Shown here: in pieces, positions 41,668-52,263 of the stretch
Layout: each line of letters begins with the position of its first letter
Numbering within the stretch: the stretch's first letter is position 1
Source of the DNA: an uncultured Nitrososphaerota archaeon
Lineage (GTDB): Archaea; Thermoproteota; Methanomethylicia; Methanomethylicales; Methanomethylicaceae
Direction: 5' to 3'
Length of the DNA stretch: 64,000 bases
NCBI GenBank assembly: GCA_964617245.1
Contig: CAZTWF010000106.1
Location: 25,811 to 89,810, forward strand
Made by a program: the position numbers and the translations under genes
Notes under the pieces: model-generated
Told to the model about the DNA's origin: nothing
Database searches by the model: none
The model's input: the letters and a program-made list of their open reading frames with translations, nothing else

Positions 41668-43104
41668 TTGTCAGAGACTACATTACTTAATAAAATAAGT
41701 TCTGTTGTAGAGAATATTAAAAAAATACCTAAAGAAGAAAAGATATTAATTATATCTCATTATGATGCAGATGGTATTTCTTCAGGAAGTATAATTTTCC
41801 AATTATTATTTGATTTAGGATTTTTACCTCATATAAGAATAGTAACACAATTAGATCATGAAATTATAAATGAAATAAAATCTTTGAATTATGAATATAT
41901 AATATTTAGTGATATGGGGAGTGGTCAGAAATCTCTTATAAGTTCTATTGAAAGAAAAAGTATTTTTATTATAGATCATCATCAGCCAGAATCCTCTGAA
42001 TTAGAAAATGAGATAAATCCACATTATTTTGGATTTGATGGAGCAAAAGATATCTCATCTTCTGGTTTAGCATATCTTTTAGCTAAGGAAATTGATGATA
42101 AAAATATTTATTTATCACAAATTGCAATTGTTGGAGCTCTTGGAGATCTTCAAGATAGAGGAGAAAAAAACTCACTTATTGGTCTTAATGAGAAGATCTC
42201 TCAAGATGCAGAAAAAATGAACTTATTAAAGAAAAAATTAGGTTTAAGATTACATGGTTTTGAATCTAGACCAATTATACAATGTTTAGCAAATACTATA
42301 GAGCCCTATTTGCCTGGCTTAACTGGTAATGAAGGAGCTTGTCTTAAGTTTATTAAAAATCTTGGTATAGAACCAAAAAGACCAGATGGTAATTGGAAAA
42401 CATTATCTGATTTATCAAATGAAGAAATTAAATTATTAGTAAGTGGATTAATAAAATATTTAATTTCTCTTGGTTTTTCAAGTAAGGAAGCAGAAAAAAT
42501 CATAGGGACAGTTTATATATTTCCTAATGAACCGATCGATTCTCCTTTATATGATGCAAGAGAGTTTTCTTCATCTATAAATGCATGTGGTCGTATGAAT
42601 AGGTATAGTCTTGGTATTGCTATTTGCTTAGGTGATAGAAATAATGCATTAGATGAACTTAAGCAAGTTCTTCAGAATTATAAGCAAAAATTATCATATT
42701 ATATAAATTGGCTATTTTCTAGTAATAACTCTATAAAGATATTATCATATGTACAAGCAATTTTTGGAGGAGATATTGTAGATGAAAAAATGATAGCTCC
42801 TCTGATTTCTATGTTATATGGTAGTAAACCATTTTCATTAGAGAAACCAATTATAGGTTTTTCTAAATCTAAAAATTTTGTTAAGGTTTCTGCAAGAGCT
42901 ACAATAGATTTAGTAAATAAAGGTATAAACCTTGGTATTTTAATCAGAGAAGCAGCTAAAAAATGTAATGGTATAGGAGGAGGGCATAATATTGCAGCAG
43001 GCGCACAAATTCCTATAGGAAAAGAAGAAGAATTTCTTGAATATCTTAATAAATTAATAAAAGAATCTCAGGTGATTAAAACTGAAGTTAGAACTACAAA
43101 TTAA
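41668..43104 (+). CDS. DHH/DHHA1 phosphoesterase, RecJ-like (GAN/Cdc45 homolog)
   Basis: HYDADG and DHH motifs, C-terminal GGGHNIAAGAQI DHHA1 motif. Confidence 0.8.
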   Translation: MSETTLLNKISSVVENIKKIPKEEKILIISHYDADGISSGSIIFQLLFDLGFLPHIRIVTQLDHEIINEIKSLNYEYIIFSDMGSGQKSLISSIERKSIFIIDHHQPESSELENEINPHYFGFDGAKDISSSGLAYLLAKEIDDKNIYLSQIAIVGALGDLQDRGEKNSLIGLNEKISQDAEKMNLLKKKLGLRLHGFESRPIIQCLANTIEPYLPGLTGNEGACLKFIKNLGIEPKRPDGNWKTLSDLSNEEIKLLVSGLIKYLISLGFSSKEAEKIIGTVYIFPNEPIDSPLYDAREFSSSINACGRMNRYSLGIAICLGDRNNALDELKQVLQNYKQKLSYYINWLFSSNNSIKILSYVQAIFGGDIVDEKMIAPLISMLYGSKPFSLEKPIIGFSKSKNFVKVSARATIDLVNKGINLGILIREAAKKCNGIGGGHNIAAGAQIPIGKEEEFLEYLNKLIKESQVIKTEVRTTN

Positions 43105-43336
43105 AATTCCATGTGAAAATGAAAAAATAGCAAAAATAATAGAAAAATCAATAACACCAGATAATTATGAAACTCCTATTAATACTAATATACAAGTAAG
43201 TATAGAAAATTCTTTTCTATCAATAAAAATTTTCTCTACTGATGATATTCCATCATTTTTGAGAACTATAGATGATTTATTAATATGTATTTATTTAACA
43301 GAAAAAATTTTAAAAGAGTTCCCCCCAACTACTTAA
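43076..43336 (+). CDS. Pcc1-like protein (second Pcc1 paralog, possibly Pcc2), ORF lacks a canonical start codon
   Basis: +1-frame ORF overlapping RecJ stop: IKIPCENEKIAKIIEKSITPDNYETPINTNIQVSIENSFLSIKIFSTDDIPSFLRTIDDLLICIYLTEKILKEF aligns with Pcc1 fold; no in-frame ATG/GTG, and the only in-frame TTG is near the C-terminus. Confidence 0.4.
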   Translation, partial: LKLKLELQIKIPCENEKIAKIIEKSITPDNYETPINTNIQVSIENSFLSIKIFSTDDIPSFLRTIDDLLICIYLTEKILKEFPPTT

Positions 43337-43379
43337 AGCTTATATTAGGGTTTTATATTTTGTAATGAGGGAAGAATAA

Positions 43380-43997
43380 ATGTCCTCTAAACAACCTACA
43401 ACAAAACTAAAAGAAAAATGGCGACAAAAGAAATGGTACACTATCATTGCACCATCTTCATTTGGAAACCTTGAAATAGGAAGAACTATTTCAGACTCTC
43501 CACAAAAACTTATTGGTAGAATAGTTGAAACTACTCTTTATGATATAACTGAATCAATTTCTCAACTTTATATTAAATTATATTTTAAAATAATAAAAGT
43601 TGAAGGTGATAAAGCTTATACAATGTTTTATGGTCATGATTTTGCTAGAGATTATTTAAGAAGTCTTGTAAGAAGAGGAACAACACGTATAGATGGTATA
43701 TTTGATATCACTTCAAAAGATGGATATAAAATGCGAATTAGTATAATTGCAATTACTGCAGCAAGAGCAAAAACATCACAAGCACATGCTATAAGAAAAA
43801 TAATGGAGGATATTGTTACAAAGAAGGATGGACAATTACTTTATGATGAGCTTGCTCAACAATTAGTATTAGGTAAAATAGCTTCAGAGATCTATAATGA
43901 GGCTAAGAAAATATATCCATTGAGGAAATTAGAAGTTAGAAAAAGTAAATTATTAGAAGCACCACAAGTATTGGTAACAACACAAGCAACAACTTAA
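43380..43997 (+). CDS. rps3ae: 30S ribosomal protein S3Ae (S1e)
   Basis: KKWYTIIAPSSF signature of S3Ae. Confidence 0.88.
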   Translation: MSSKQPTTKLKEKWRQKKWYTIIAPSSFGNLEIGRTISDSPQKLIGRIVETTLYDITESISQLYIKLYFKIIKVEGDKAYTMFYGHDFARDYLRSLVRRGTTRIDGIFDITSKDGYKMRISIIAITAARAKTSQAHAIRKIMEDIVTKKDGQLLYDELAQQLVLGKIASEIYNEAKKIYPLRKLEVRKSKLLEAPQVLVTTQATT

Positions 43998-44036
43998 TAA
44001 TTAAAAATAAATTATCAATTTTAAATATTTAATTTT

Positions 44037-45356
44037 ATGAAAGAAATTATAAGTTCTTCTGGAATTAGAGGATTAGCTATAAGTGAGATATCTCCTGAAT
44101 TTTGTATGAAAATTGGTTTAGCAATATCTAATATTAAAAAAGGTGAATATGTAATTGGTCATGATGTTCGTTTAACTTCTTATTTACTAGCTAATAGTTT
44201 AGTTAATGGAATCTGTGCAGGAGGCTCTAATTCTATATTTATTGGTCTAGCTCCTACTCCTGCAATTGCATTTTATGCCAGGGATTATACAGGTGGTATT
44301 GCTATAACAGCTAGTCATAATCCTCCTGAATATAATGGATTAAAAATATTTAATAAAGATGGAATTCCTGTTACCTCATCTTTTTATAAAAATCTTCTTG
44401 AAATTCCTATAAATTATTCTAATTGGGATTCATTAGGAAATGTTAAGAATTTTCACGGTATATATGAATATATAGAATTTCTTATTTCTCAAATAAATAC
44501 AAAAAGAAAATGGAGAATTGGATTAGATCCAGGAAATGGAACTACATCATTAACTGCTCCATTAATATTTCATAATGTAGGTCATGAAGTTAAGACAATA
44601 AATATTAATTTAGATGGTAGATTTCCTGGAAGAGGTGCTGAACCAAATGAATGTTCTTCAAAATTATTATCTGATCTTATTAGAAAACATTCTTTAGATA
44701 TTGGATTTGCATATGATGGTGATGGTGATAGAGTTTTAATAATTGATGAAAATGGTAATGTTATTCCTCAAGATATTGCTTTAGCTCATATAGCTAAATT
44801 TATTGCTTCTAATTCAAATAAACCAATAATTGTAAATGTAGATACATCATCAATTGTAGACTATATTATAAATTCTATTGGAGGAAAAGTCTATAGATCA
44901 AAAGTTGGTGATCCATATATTGTAGAAGAAATAATTAAAAAAGATGCATGTTTTGGAGGAGAACCTTGTGGTGCTTGGATATTTCCAAATATAATAAAAT
45001 GTCCAGATGGTGTTCTATCATCAATTATATTTTTAAATTTTCTAGATTATGAAGAAATAAAACCTTCAGAACTTTTAAATAATCTTCCTAATTTCTTTAT
45101 AGAAAGAAAAAATATACCATGTAAGGACAAAATTACCACTATGAAAAGAATAATAAATGAAATTCCTAAATTATATCCTGATGCTAATATTTCATATATT
45201 GATGGTATTAGAATTTCATGGGATGATTTTACATGGATTTTAATAAGACCTTCTGGAACTGAGCCATTGATAAGAATAACTATAGAATCAATGTTTAAAG
45301 ATAAAGTAAAAAATCTTATTTCTTCAATTACAGAGTTTATAATTAAAGGTGACTAA
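44037..45356 (+). CDS. phosphoglucomutase/phosphomannomutase family protein
   Basis: Active-site GIAITASHNPPEYNG, Mg-binding DGDGDR. Confidence 0.88.
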   Translation: MKEIISSSGIRGLAISEISPEFCMKIGLAISNIKKGEYVIGHDVRLTSYLLANSLVNGICAGGSNSIFIGLAPTPAIAFYARDYTGGIAITASHNPPEYNGLKIFNKDGIPVTSSFYKNLLEIPINYSNWDSLGNVKNFHGIYEYIEFLISQINTKRKWRIGLDPGNGTTSLTAPLIFHNVGHEVKTININLDGRFPGRGAEPNECSSKLLSDLIRKHSLDIGFAYDGDGDRVLIIDENGNVIPQDIALAHIAKFIASNSNKPIIVNVDTSSIVDYIINSIGGKVYRSKVGDPYIVEEIIKKDACFGGEPCGAWIFPNIIKCPDGVLSSIIFLNFLDYEEIKPSELLNNLPNFFIERKNIPCKDKITTMKRIINEIPKLYPDANISYIDGIRISWDDFTWILIRPSGTEPLIRITIESMFKDKVKNLISSITEFIIKGD

Positions 45357-45360
45357 AATA

Positions 45361-46631
45361 CGAAAGCCATAATTCTTGCTGCTGGTAAAGGTACAAGATT
45401 AGATCCATTTACAATAAGTAGACCAAAACATTTAATTCCTATTGCTGGAGCTCCATTAATTGAACATATAATAAATGCACTTAAAGAAAATGGTATTAAT
45501 GAAATAATAATTGTTATAAACTATATGGGCGAATTAATAAAATCATATTTAGGTGATGGTTCAAAATTTTCAGTAAAAATAAATTATGTAGAACAAAAGA
45601 CATTAGAAGGAACAGCTCATGCTCTTTATTCATGTAAAGATTTAATTAATAATGAATCATTTATAGTTGTATATGGTGATATTATTTTTCATCCTTCTGT
45701 TATTTCTAATTTAATATCATCTTACAATGAAAAATATCTTGGCGTTATATTAGGAGTTTATGTGAAGAATGTTAAAGATTTTGGATTATTAATTACTAAT
45801 GGAGAATTTTTAACTAAAATAGAAGAAAAACCAGAGATTAATGAATTAGGAATTATTAATGGTGGAATGTATATATTTAAGCCTGAAATATTTAAATTTA
45901 TAGAAAAAACTGAAAAATCTATTCGTGGAGAAATAGAATTAACATCATCAATAAATATAGCAATAAAGGAAAATGAAAAATTTCTTGTAGTGAGATCAGA
46001 AGAAGATAAATGGGTTGATGTAGGAAAACCTTGGGATATATTAGATGCTAATAAACTTCTTATGGATTTAAAAATTAATAAAAAAATTATTCATGGTTAT
46101 GTAGAAGATGGCGTTCATATAAATGGTAATGTAGTAATTGAAAAAGATGCTAAAATTCTTTCTGGAACTTATATTGAAGGTCCTGTTTGGATTTCTTCTG
46201 GATGTAAAGTAGGTCCAAATTGTTATATTCGTTCATATACTTATTTATGTAAAAATGTAAGAATAGGAAATGCTTGTGAAATTAAGAATAGTATAATTAT
46301 GGAAGATACTCATATTAGTCATCTTTCTTATATTGGAGATAGTGTAATAGGAGCAAAATGTAATATTGGAGCAGGAACAATAATTGCAAATTTAAAATTT
46401 AATGAAAGTACTATAAAAGTAACAATAAAAGGAGAGAAAATTGATAGTGGAAAAAGAAAACTTGGAGCATTTATTGGTGATAATGTTAAGACTGGGATAA
46501 ATGTTAGTATAAATCCAGGTATAAAAATTGGACCAAATTGTTGGATTGCACCTAATACATTTGTTTATAAAAATGTACCAAGAAATTCTTTTTTAACTCA
46601 AAAATTTGAAGTAGAATTAAAAGAAAAATGA
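45361..46631 (+). CDS. bifunctional sugar-1-phosphate nucleotidyltransferase/acetyltransferase (ST0452/GlmU-like); N-terminus begins at ACG (no ATG); first ATG at 45525
   Basis: In-frame translation from 45363 gives KAIILAAGKGTRLDPFT (NTP-binding G-rich loop); left-handed beta-helix hexapeptide repeats at C-terminus; strong similarity to Sulfolobus tokodaii ST0452. Confidence 0.7.
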
Positions 46632-48175
46632 TAATAGAAAAAAATACAATAATAAAAGATCATCGTAAAGTAAAATTAAAATTTGCACTAGTATATCCTA
46701 ACATATATAATGTGGGAATGAGTAATCTTGCCATTCGTTTACTTTATGAAGTTATTAATAATAGAGAAGATATTGTTTGTGAACGTTTCTTTTTTTCAGG
46801 ATATAGAACAAAACCAGTAAGTATTGAATCTAGATTACCTTTAAATTATTTTGATGTAATAGGAGTTTCTTTTCAACATGAAATGGATTATATTCGTTTT
46901 TTAGATATGCTTTCATCATCATCAATACCATTAGAAACTGATAAGCGTAATTTTCCTATTATTATTGCAGGAGGACCTGCAATATCTTCAAATCCAATAC
47001 CATTAGCTAAATTTATTGATTTCTTTGTTATTGGTGAAGTAGAACCGATTATTGATATATTATTAGATTCTTTAGTAAATAGAAATTTAAAAGAAGTATA
47101 TACATCTATACCTGGATTATATAAGCCAGGAAAATTAACAGAAAGAATATATGTAAAAGATTTAGATTTTGCTCCTCATGCAATAAGACAGGTTATTTCA
47201 AATTTAAAAGACACATTTACTTCATCATTTTTACTTGAAGTAAGTAGAGGTTGTAAAATTGGTTGTAGATTTTGTCTTGAATATTTTTTATATTTTCCAA
47301 AAAGAGAAAGATCTCTAAAGAATATAATTAATATTATTGAAGATGGATTATTATTAACTCAAACTAATAAATTGGTTATTATTAGTTCTGCATTTCTTGA
47401 TCATTCTCAGATAAAAGATATTCTTCTATTTCTTAATGAAAAGAAAATTAATTTTTCAGTACCATCTATAAGAATAGCAGAAATAGATGATGAACTTATT
47501 AAATTAATTGCTTCCAGTGGACAGCATACATTAACAATAGCACCTGAATCTCATTGTGAACATTTAAGAAATATAATTAATAAGAAATTTGATAATGATC
47601 TATTCTTTGATATAATAAAAAAAGCAAAAGAAGCTGGTATAAAAAATCTTAAGTTATATTTTATGTTGGGTATTCCTGGTGAAAAAACTGAAGATTTTAA
47701 TGATTTAGATATTTTCCTATCAAGAATAATTTCATTAGGTTTTTCTCCATCATCAATTCATATATCAATAAATCCATTAATTCCAAAAGCTAATACACCA
47801 TTTCAATGGTTACCATTAATATCAAAAGAAGATTATAAAAATCGTCTTATTATTTTTTATAAAAAGGCAAGAGCTTTAGGAATAAAAAGAATTGAATCAT
47901 TAGACTATAGATGGTGTGCTATTCAAGCATATCTTTCTACTGCTGGACAAGAAGCATCAGAATTACTAAAACTATTATTAGAAGATATTAAAGCTGGAGG
48001 TAGTGGTGATTTAGGATCTTGGCGAAGAGTATTAAAACATTATAAAAAACATCCAGAAGATATATATAAGCCTAGATCTATTGAAGAACCATTACCATGG
48101 GAAGAAATAAAAGGAGCATTTCCTATATCTATATTGAAAAAAGATTTTACAAAAGTAATGGGAGATATTAAATGA
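46628..48175 (+). CDS. radical SAM protein with N-terminal B12-binding-like domain
   Basis: CKIGCRFC (Cx3Cx2C) radical SAM motif at ~aa 200; 515 aa. Confidence 0.65.
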   Translation: MIIEKNTIIKDHRKVKLKFALVYPNIYNVGMSNLAIRLLYEVINNREDIVCERFFFSGYRTKPVSIESRLPLNYFDVIGVSFQHEMDYIRFLDMLSSSSIPLETDKRNFPIIIAGGPAISSNPIPLAKFIDFFVIGEVEPIIDILLDSLVNRNLKEVYTSIPGLYKPGKLTERIYVKDLDFAPHAIRQVISNLKDTFTSSFLLEVSRGCKIGCRFCLEYFLYFPKRERSLKNIINIIEDGLLLTQTNKLVIISSAFLDHSQIKDILLFLNEKKINFSVPSIRIAEIDDELIKLIASSGQHTLTIAPESHCEHLRNIINKKFDNDLFFDIIKKAKEAGIKNLKLYFMLGIPGEKTEDFNDLDIFLSRIISLGFSPSSIHISINPLIPKANTPFQWLPLISKEDYKNRLIIFYKKARALGIKRIESLDYRWCAIQAYLSTAGQEASELLKLLLEDIKAGGSGDLGSWRRVLKHYKKHPEDIYKPRSIEEPLPWEEIKGAFPISILKKDFTKVMGDIK

Positions 48176-48471
48176 GAATTTCGAAAGAAGAATTCAAGAA
48201 ACTATTTCCTAATATTGCAAAAGAATTAGAAGAAAATAATGGTATTACTTTAAAAGTAGATAAAAGCAGAGGCTATAATCCAACAGTCATAGACTTTATA
48301 AAAAGATGCGAAAAAGATGAAGAAGCTCTTGAAATTATAGATTTTCTTGAAAAACGTAAAGAAATAAGTGAAGAATATGCAGAAAGTTTAAGAAAAAGAA
48401 TAAAAGAAAAAGGTGTAAGATCTTTTGGTAAAAAAAGAGAACCAGGATACTACTTTAGAGCTTTTAAATAA
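48172..48471 (+). CDS. hypothetical protein
   Basis: 99-aa charged ORF, ATGA overlap with upstream gene; no family recognised. Confidence 0.4.
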   Translation: MRISKEEFKKLFPNIAKELEENNGITLKVDKSRGYNPTVIDFIKRCEKDEEALEIIDFLEKRKEISEEYAESLRKRIKEKGVRSFGKKREPGYYFRAFK

Positions 48472-48484
48472 ATTTAATTTTCAT

Positions 48485-49684
48485 TTATTTAGCTGAAACT
48501 ATCTTAATTATATCTCCATTTTTCAAGATATAATTTCCTCCAATTCTTTGTCCTGTTTTAACATTTATTGCATATAAGAAATTATTTCCTAAATCAGTAT
48601 GAATTTTATATGCAAGATCTACAACTGTAGCTCCTTCTTGTAATATGAAGACATCTGGTAATACATTTCCTTTACTATCTGAAAGCTTTACTACATCTTC
48701 TACAGGAAATACTGCTATCATTTTTAATTCTTTCTTATAAATACTTTCTAAAGCTTCTTGTACTCCTGTACTACCCCAACTCTTTAAAATTCCTTCAACT
48801 CTACTAAGTGCTTCCTTTTGTTTTTCATTTAATTCATTATACTTTAAAATTTTAAAATATGAATCTCCAGGCATATATTCTATTAATCCTTTTTTTGCTG
48901 CTAATCTTAATAAAAGTTCAGCTTCAGCAGAACAGGGAATAATAGTATAATCTTTAAATTCAGATTTTATTCTATTGATATTATCTTCTGCTTTTGGCAA
49001 ATCTATCTTATTAGCTGCAATTACCATAGGCTTGGCTATTTTTCTTAATATCTTTACAAATTCTATTATTTCTTCATCAGTCCATTTATCTATGCTTTTA
49101 TTAAATTCATCTCTTGATTTTAATGTCATGATAATATGTTTTTTACTAATCATAAGGCCAGATAATCTATCATAAATTACTGTAACAATATCTTCTTTCT
49201 GTTGTAAAACTCTTTTTACTATTTTATTCCAATCTTTTTTTAATATTTGAAATAACCACATTATAATTTCATATTCTATAAATTTTATATCTTCTACAGG
49301 ATCTCCTTTTCCTATTTCACAAGGATTTCCATTTATATCTGTTGATCCAGAAGCATCTACAATATGAATAAATCCATCAACTTGTCTTAGATCATCTAAA
49401 AATTTATTTCCAAGACCCCTTCCTTTATGTGCTTCTGGAACAAGTCCTGCTACATCTACAATTTCTACAGGGACCCATCTTATACCATTAATACACTTAG
49501 AATTTCTTGGATTATCTTTTACTCCTAATTCTTTACACACACAAGGAAATCTTATACTAGTTATTCCCTTATTTGGTTCAATTGTTGTGAATGGAATATT
49601 ACTTATCTTTACAGGTATTAAAGTAACAGCTGAAAAAAATGTTGATTTTCCAACATTTGTTTTTCCAATTATTCCTACAATCAT
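48485..49684 (-). CDS. GTP-binding protein, YchF/OLA1-like with C-terminal TGS domain
   Basis: G1 GKTNVGKST, G2 PFTTIEPN, G3 DVAGLV; TGS-like C-terminus. Confidence 0.75.
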   Translation of the reverse strand: MIVGIIGKTNVGKSTFFSAVTLIPVKISNIPFTTIEPNKGITSIRFPCVCKELGVKDNPRNSKCINGIRWVPVEIVDVAGLVPEAHKGRGLGNKFLDDLRQVDGFIHIVDASGSTDINGNPCEIGKGDPVEDIKFIEYEIIMWLFQILKKDWNKIVKRVLQQKEDIVTVIYDRLSGLMISKKHIIMTLKSRDEFNKSIDKWTDEEIIEFVKILRKIAKPMVIAANKIDLPKAEDNINRIKSEFKDYTIIPCSAEAELLLRLAAKKGLIEYMPGDSYFKILKYNELNEKQKEALSRVEGILKSWGSTGVQEALESIYKKELKMIAVFPVEDVVKLSDSKGNVLPDVFILQEGATVVDLAYKIHTDLGNNFLYAINVKTGQRIGGNYILKNGDIIKIVSAK

Positions 49685-49765
49685 AACTAGTCTTATTATA
49701 ACTTAAAATATTAAAGAGAAAAACTTTTTTATGTAATAAAATATTGCATTTTTGGGATATTAAAA

Positions 49766-50703
49766 TGAAAGTATTAATTGCTGATGATATTGATAAAGAA
49801 TGTATAATTAGACTTAGAAATGCTGGTTTTGAAGTAGATGATCTTCCAAATATTTCAAAAGAAGAATTAATAAAAATAATTCATAATTATGATATATTAA
49901 TTGTAAGAGGGAGAACAAAAGTAACAAAAGAAGTTATAGAAGCAGCAAAAAGACTTAAATTCATTGGAAGAGTTGGTGTTGGATTAGATAATATTGATGT
50001 TAAGACTGCTGAAGAAAAAGGTATAAAAGTAATTAATACTCCTGAAATGTCTACTATTGCAGTAGCAGAACTTACAATTTCACTAATTTTAAATTTAATT
50101 CGTGGAACATATAGAGCTATAGAATCTATGAAAAAAGGATTATGGGAGAAAAAGAATTTATATGGTTATGAATTATTTGGTAAAACTCTAGGAATTATTG
50201 GTTTTGGAAGAATAGGTAGAGCAGTAGCTGAAAGAGCAAAAGCATTTAATATGAAAATAATTGTATATGATATAATAGATTATGATCTAATAAGAGAAGA
50301 AATAGAAAAACTTAATGCTATTTATGTATCATCACTTGAAGAATTATTAATGAATTCTGATATAATTACAATTCATGTACCTTTAACACCACAAACAAAA
50401 TATATGATAAATTCTAAAACAATTTCTCTTATGCGTAATGGTGTTTATATAATTAATACTTCAAGAGGAGAAATTATTAATACTAAGGATTTACTTAATG
50501 CTATTAAAACTGGAAAAGTTGCTGGAGTAGCTCTTGATGTATTTGAAAATGAACCTCCAAAAGAAGATTGGGAAAAAGAATTAATATCTCTACCTAATGT
50601 AATTACTACTCCTCATATAGGTGCACAAACATATGAAGCTCAAATTAAAGGTGCAATCTTAATGGCCGAAAATATTATTAAACTCTTTAAATCGTCTAAC
50701 TAG
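49766..50703 (+). CDS. D-isomer-specific 2-hydroxyacid dehydrogenase (D-3-phosphoglycerate dehydrogenase-like)
   Basis: NAD-binding GIIGFGRIGRAVA, catalytic His region HIGAQT. Confidence 0.8.
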
Positions 50704-50712
50704 GGGATAAAA

Positions 50713-51264
50713 ATGTATAGATATCTTGCAGAAATGTGGCGTCATCCTAATGAAGGTATACTTAAATCTATAAGAATGATGAGATTAGTTAAATGGAGAA
50801 GAGAGCCAACAGTTGTTAAAATAGAACATCCTACACGTATAAATAAAGCAAGAGCTCTTGGCTATAAAGCTAAACAAGGTATTATTGTAGCAAGAGTAAG
50901 AGTTAGAAGAGGTTTTATGAATGTAAGTAGACCAAGAACTGGTAGACGTCCAAAACGTATGGGAATGATTCATCCATCAAAAAAGAACTTACAATGGATT
51001 GCTGAGGAACGTGCTGCTAGAAAATTTCCAAATATGGAAGTATTAGGAAGTTATTGGGTAGCTTCTGATGGAAGATTTTCATGGTATGAAGTAATACTTG
51101 TTGATCCACATCATCCTGCTATAATTTCAGATAAAGACTTATCATGGATTACAAAACAAAGAGGAAGAGTATTTAGAGGTCTTACTCCTGCAGGACGTAA
51201 GAGTAGAGGTTTACGTAATAGAGGAAAAAGTGCAGAAAAACTTAGACCAAGTAGAGAATATTAA
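50713..51264 (+). CDS. rpl15e: 50S ribosomal protein L15e
   Basis: [12 protein letters not shown]... L15e signature. Confidence 0.9.
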   Translation: MYRYLAEMWRHPNEGILKSIRMMRLVKWRREPTVVKIEHPTRINKARALGYKAKQGIIVARVRVRRGFMNVSRPRTGRRPKRMGMIHPSKKNLQWIAEERAARKFPNMEVLGSYWVASDGRFSWYEVILVDPHHPAIISDKDLSWITKQRGRVFRGLTPAGRKSRGLRNRGKSAEKLRPSREY

Positions 51265-51692
51265 TGTTAAATATGAAGGAGTATAAAATTTATTCTATAT
51301 CTTTAAGCACAATAGTACATGCAACTGAAGATAAAGAGAAAGTAAAATCTGCTATATTTAATATAATACCTAGGAATTTAGTAAATAAATTCACTATAAA
51401 TGAAGTAAATGTAAAAGGTCATTATGGTAATCCCATTACAATATTAAATCTAGAAATAAATAATCCTGATATTGCAAATGAAATATTTGAATTTATAATA
51501 AAATCAATTTCAAAAGAAGAACTCACTCTTATAAAAAATAATCCATCATTATATTGTGATGATAGATCTATATTTTTGAGAATAGATAAACAATATGCTT
51601 ATCTTGGAACAATCAAACTTTCATTTCTTGATGATGTTATAAAAATTAAGATAAATGTATTAAACCCTCTAGTTCTATTAAGTAAGTTATGA
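51264..51692 (+). CDS. conserved archaeal protein of the exosome superoperon (COG1325/DUF54-like, predicted RNA-binding)
   Basis: 142 aa; position between rpl15e and rnp2 typical for COG1325. Confidence 0.45.
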   Translation: MLNMKEYKIYSISLSTIVHATEDKEKVKSAIFNIIPRNLVNKFTINEVNVKGHYGNPITILNLEINNPDIANEIFEFIIKSISKEELTLIKNNPSLYCDDRSIFLRIDKQYAYLGTIKLSFLDDVIKIKINVLNPLVLLSKL

Positions 51693-52027
51693 AAATATTT
51701 AGATCAAGATATATTCTATTTAAAGTTTCAGGAAATCCTTATGATCATGAAATAATATTTCATGTTAAAGCTATTTTACTACCTCATGAAATAAAGATTG
51801 TATTTAAAAAATTACCCTTTGTTATCATAAGGATAGATCATAAATCATGGGAAGTTTTCAAAAGATTGTATGGCCCAAAAATTACTATAACTTCAAAAAA
51901 ATTTACTATAACTTCTATTATTACCTCTGGAACTATAAAAAAATTAAAGGAAAAAATAAAAACTTGTTCTATTATTATTGAAATGGGGATGAGGAAGCCG
52001 TCCCAGTCACCAGAAAACTTATGTTGA
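51689..52027 (+). CDS. rnp2: RNase P protein component 2 (Pop5/Rpp14)
   Basis: ITSGTIKKLKEK matches Pop5 conserved motif; RRM-like fold; superoperon position. Confidence 0.75.
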   Translation: MKIFRSRYILFKVSGNPYDHEIIFHVKAILLPHEIKIVFKKLPFVIIRIDHKSWEVFKRLYGPKITITSKKFTITSIITSGTIKKLKEKIKTCSIIIEMGMRKPSQSPENLC

Positions 52028-52263
52028 AAAGTATCCAACTGACCCAATTAATTGAGAATTTTTAATCATCGGATTATTATTAATTATTTCTTATAATATG
52101 CTTGAAGAAATGGATTACTTATTATAAAATAGTGAGATTTCCAATTGTAAAATTTGACTATTTTTCTAAGTAAAATTTATATTCTATCTTTTCCATTTTC
52201 AAATAATTTAAAAATATTTGTCCTTTACTATTTTACACATTAAAAAAAAGGAGGTAAAATATA

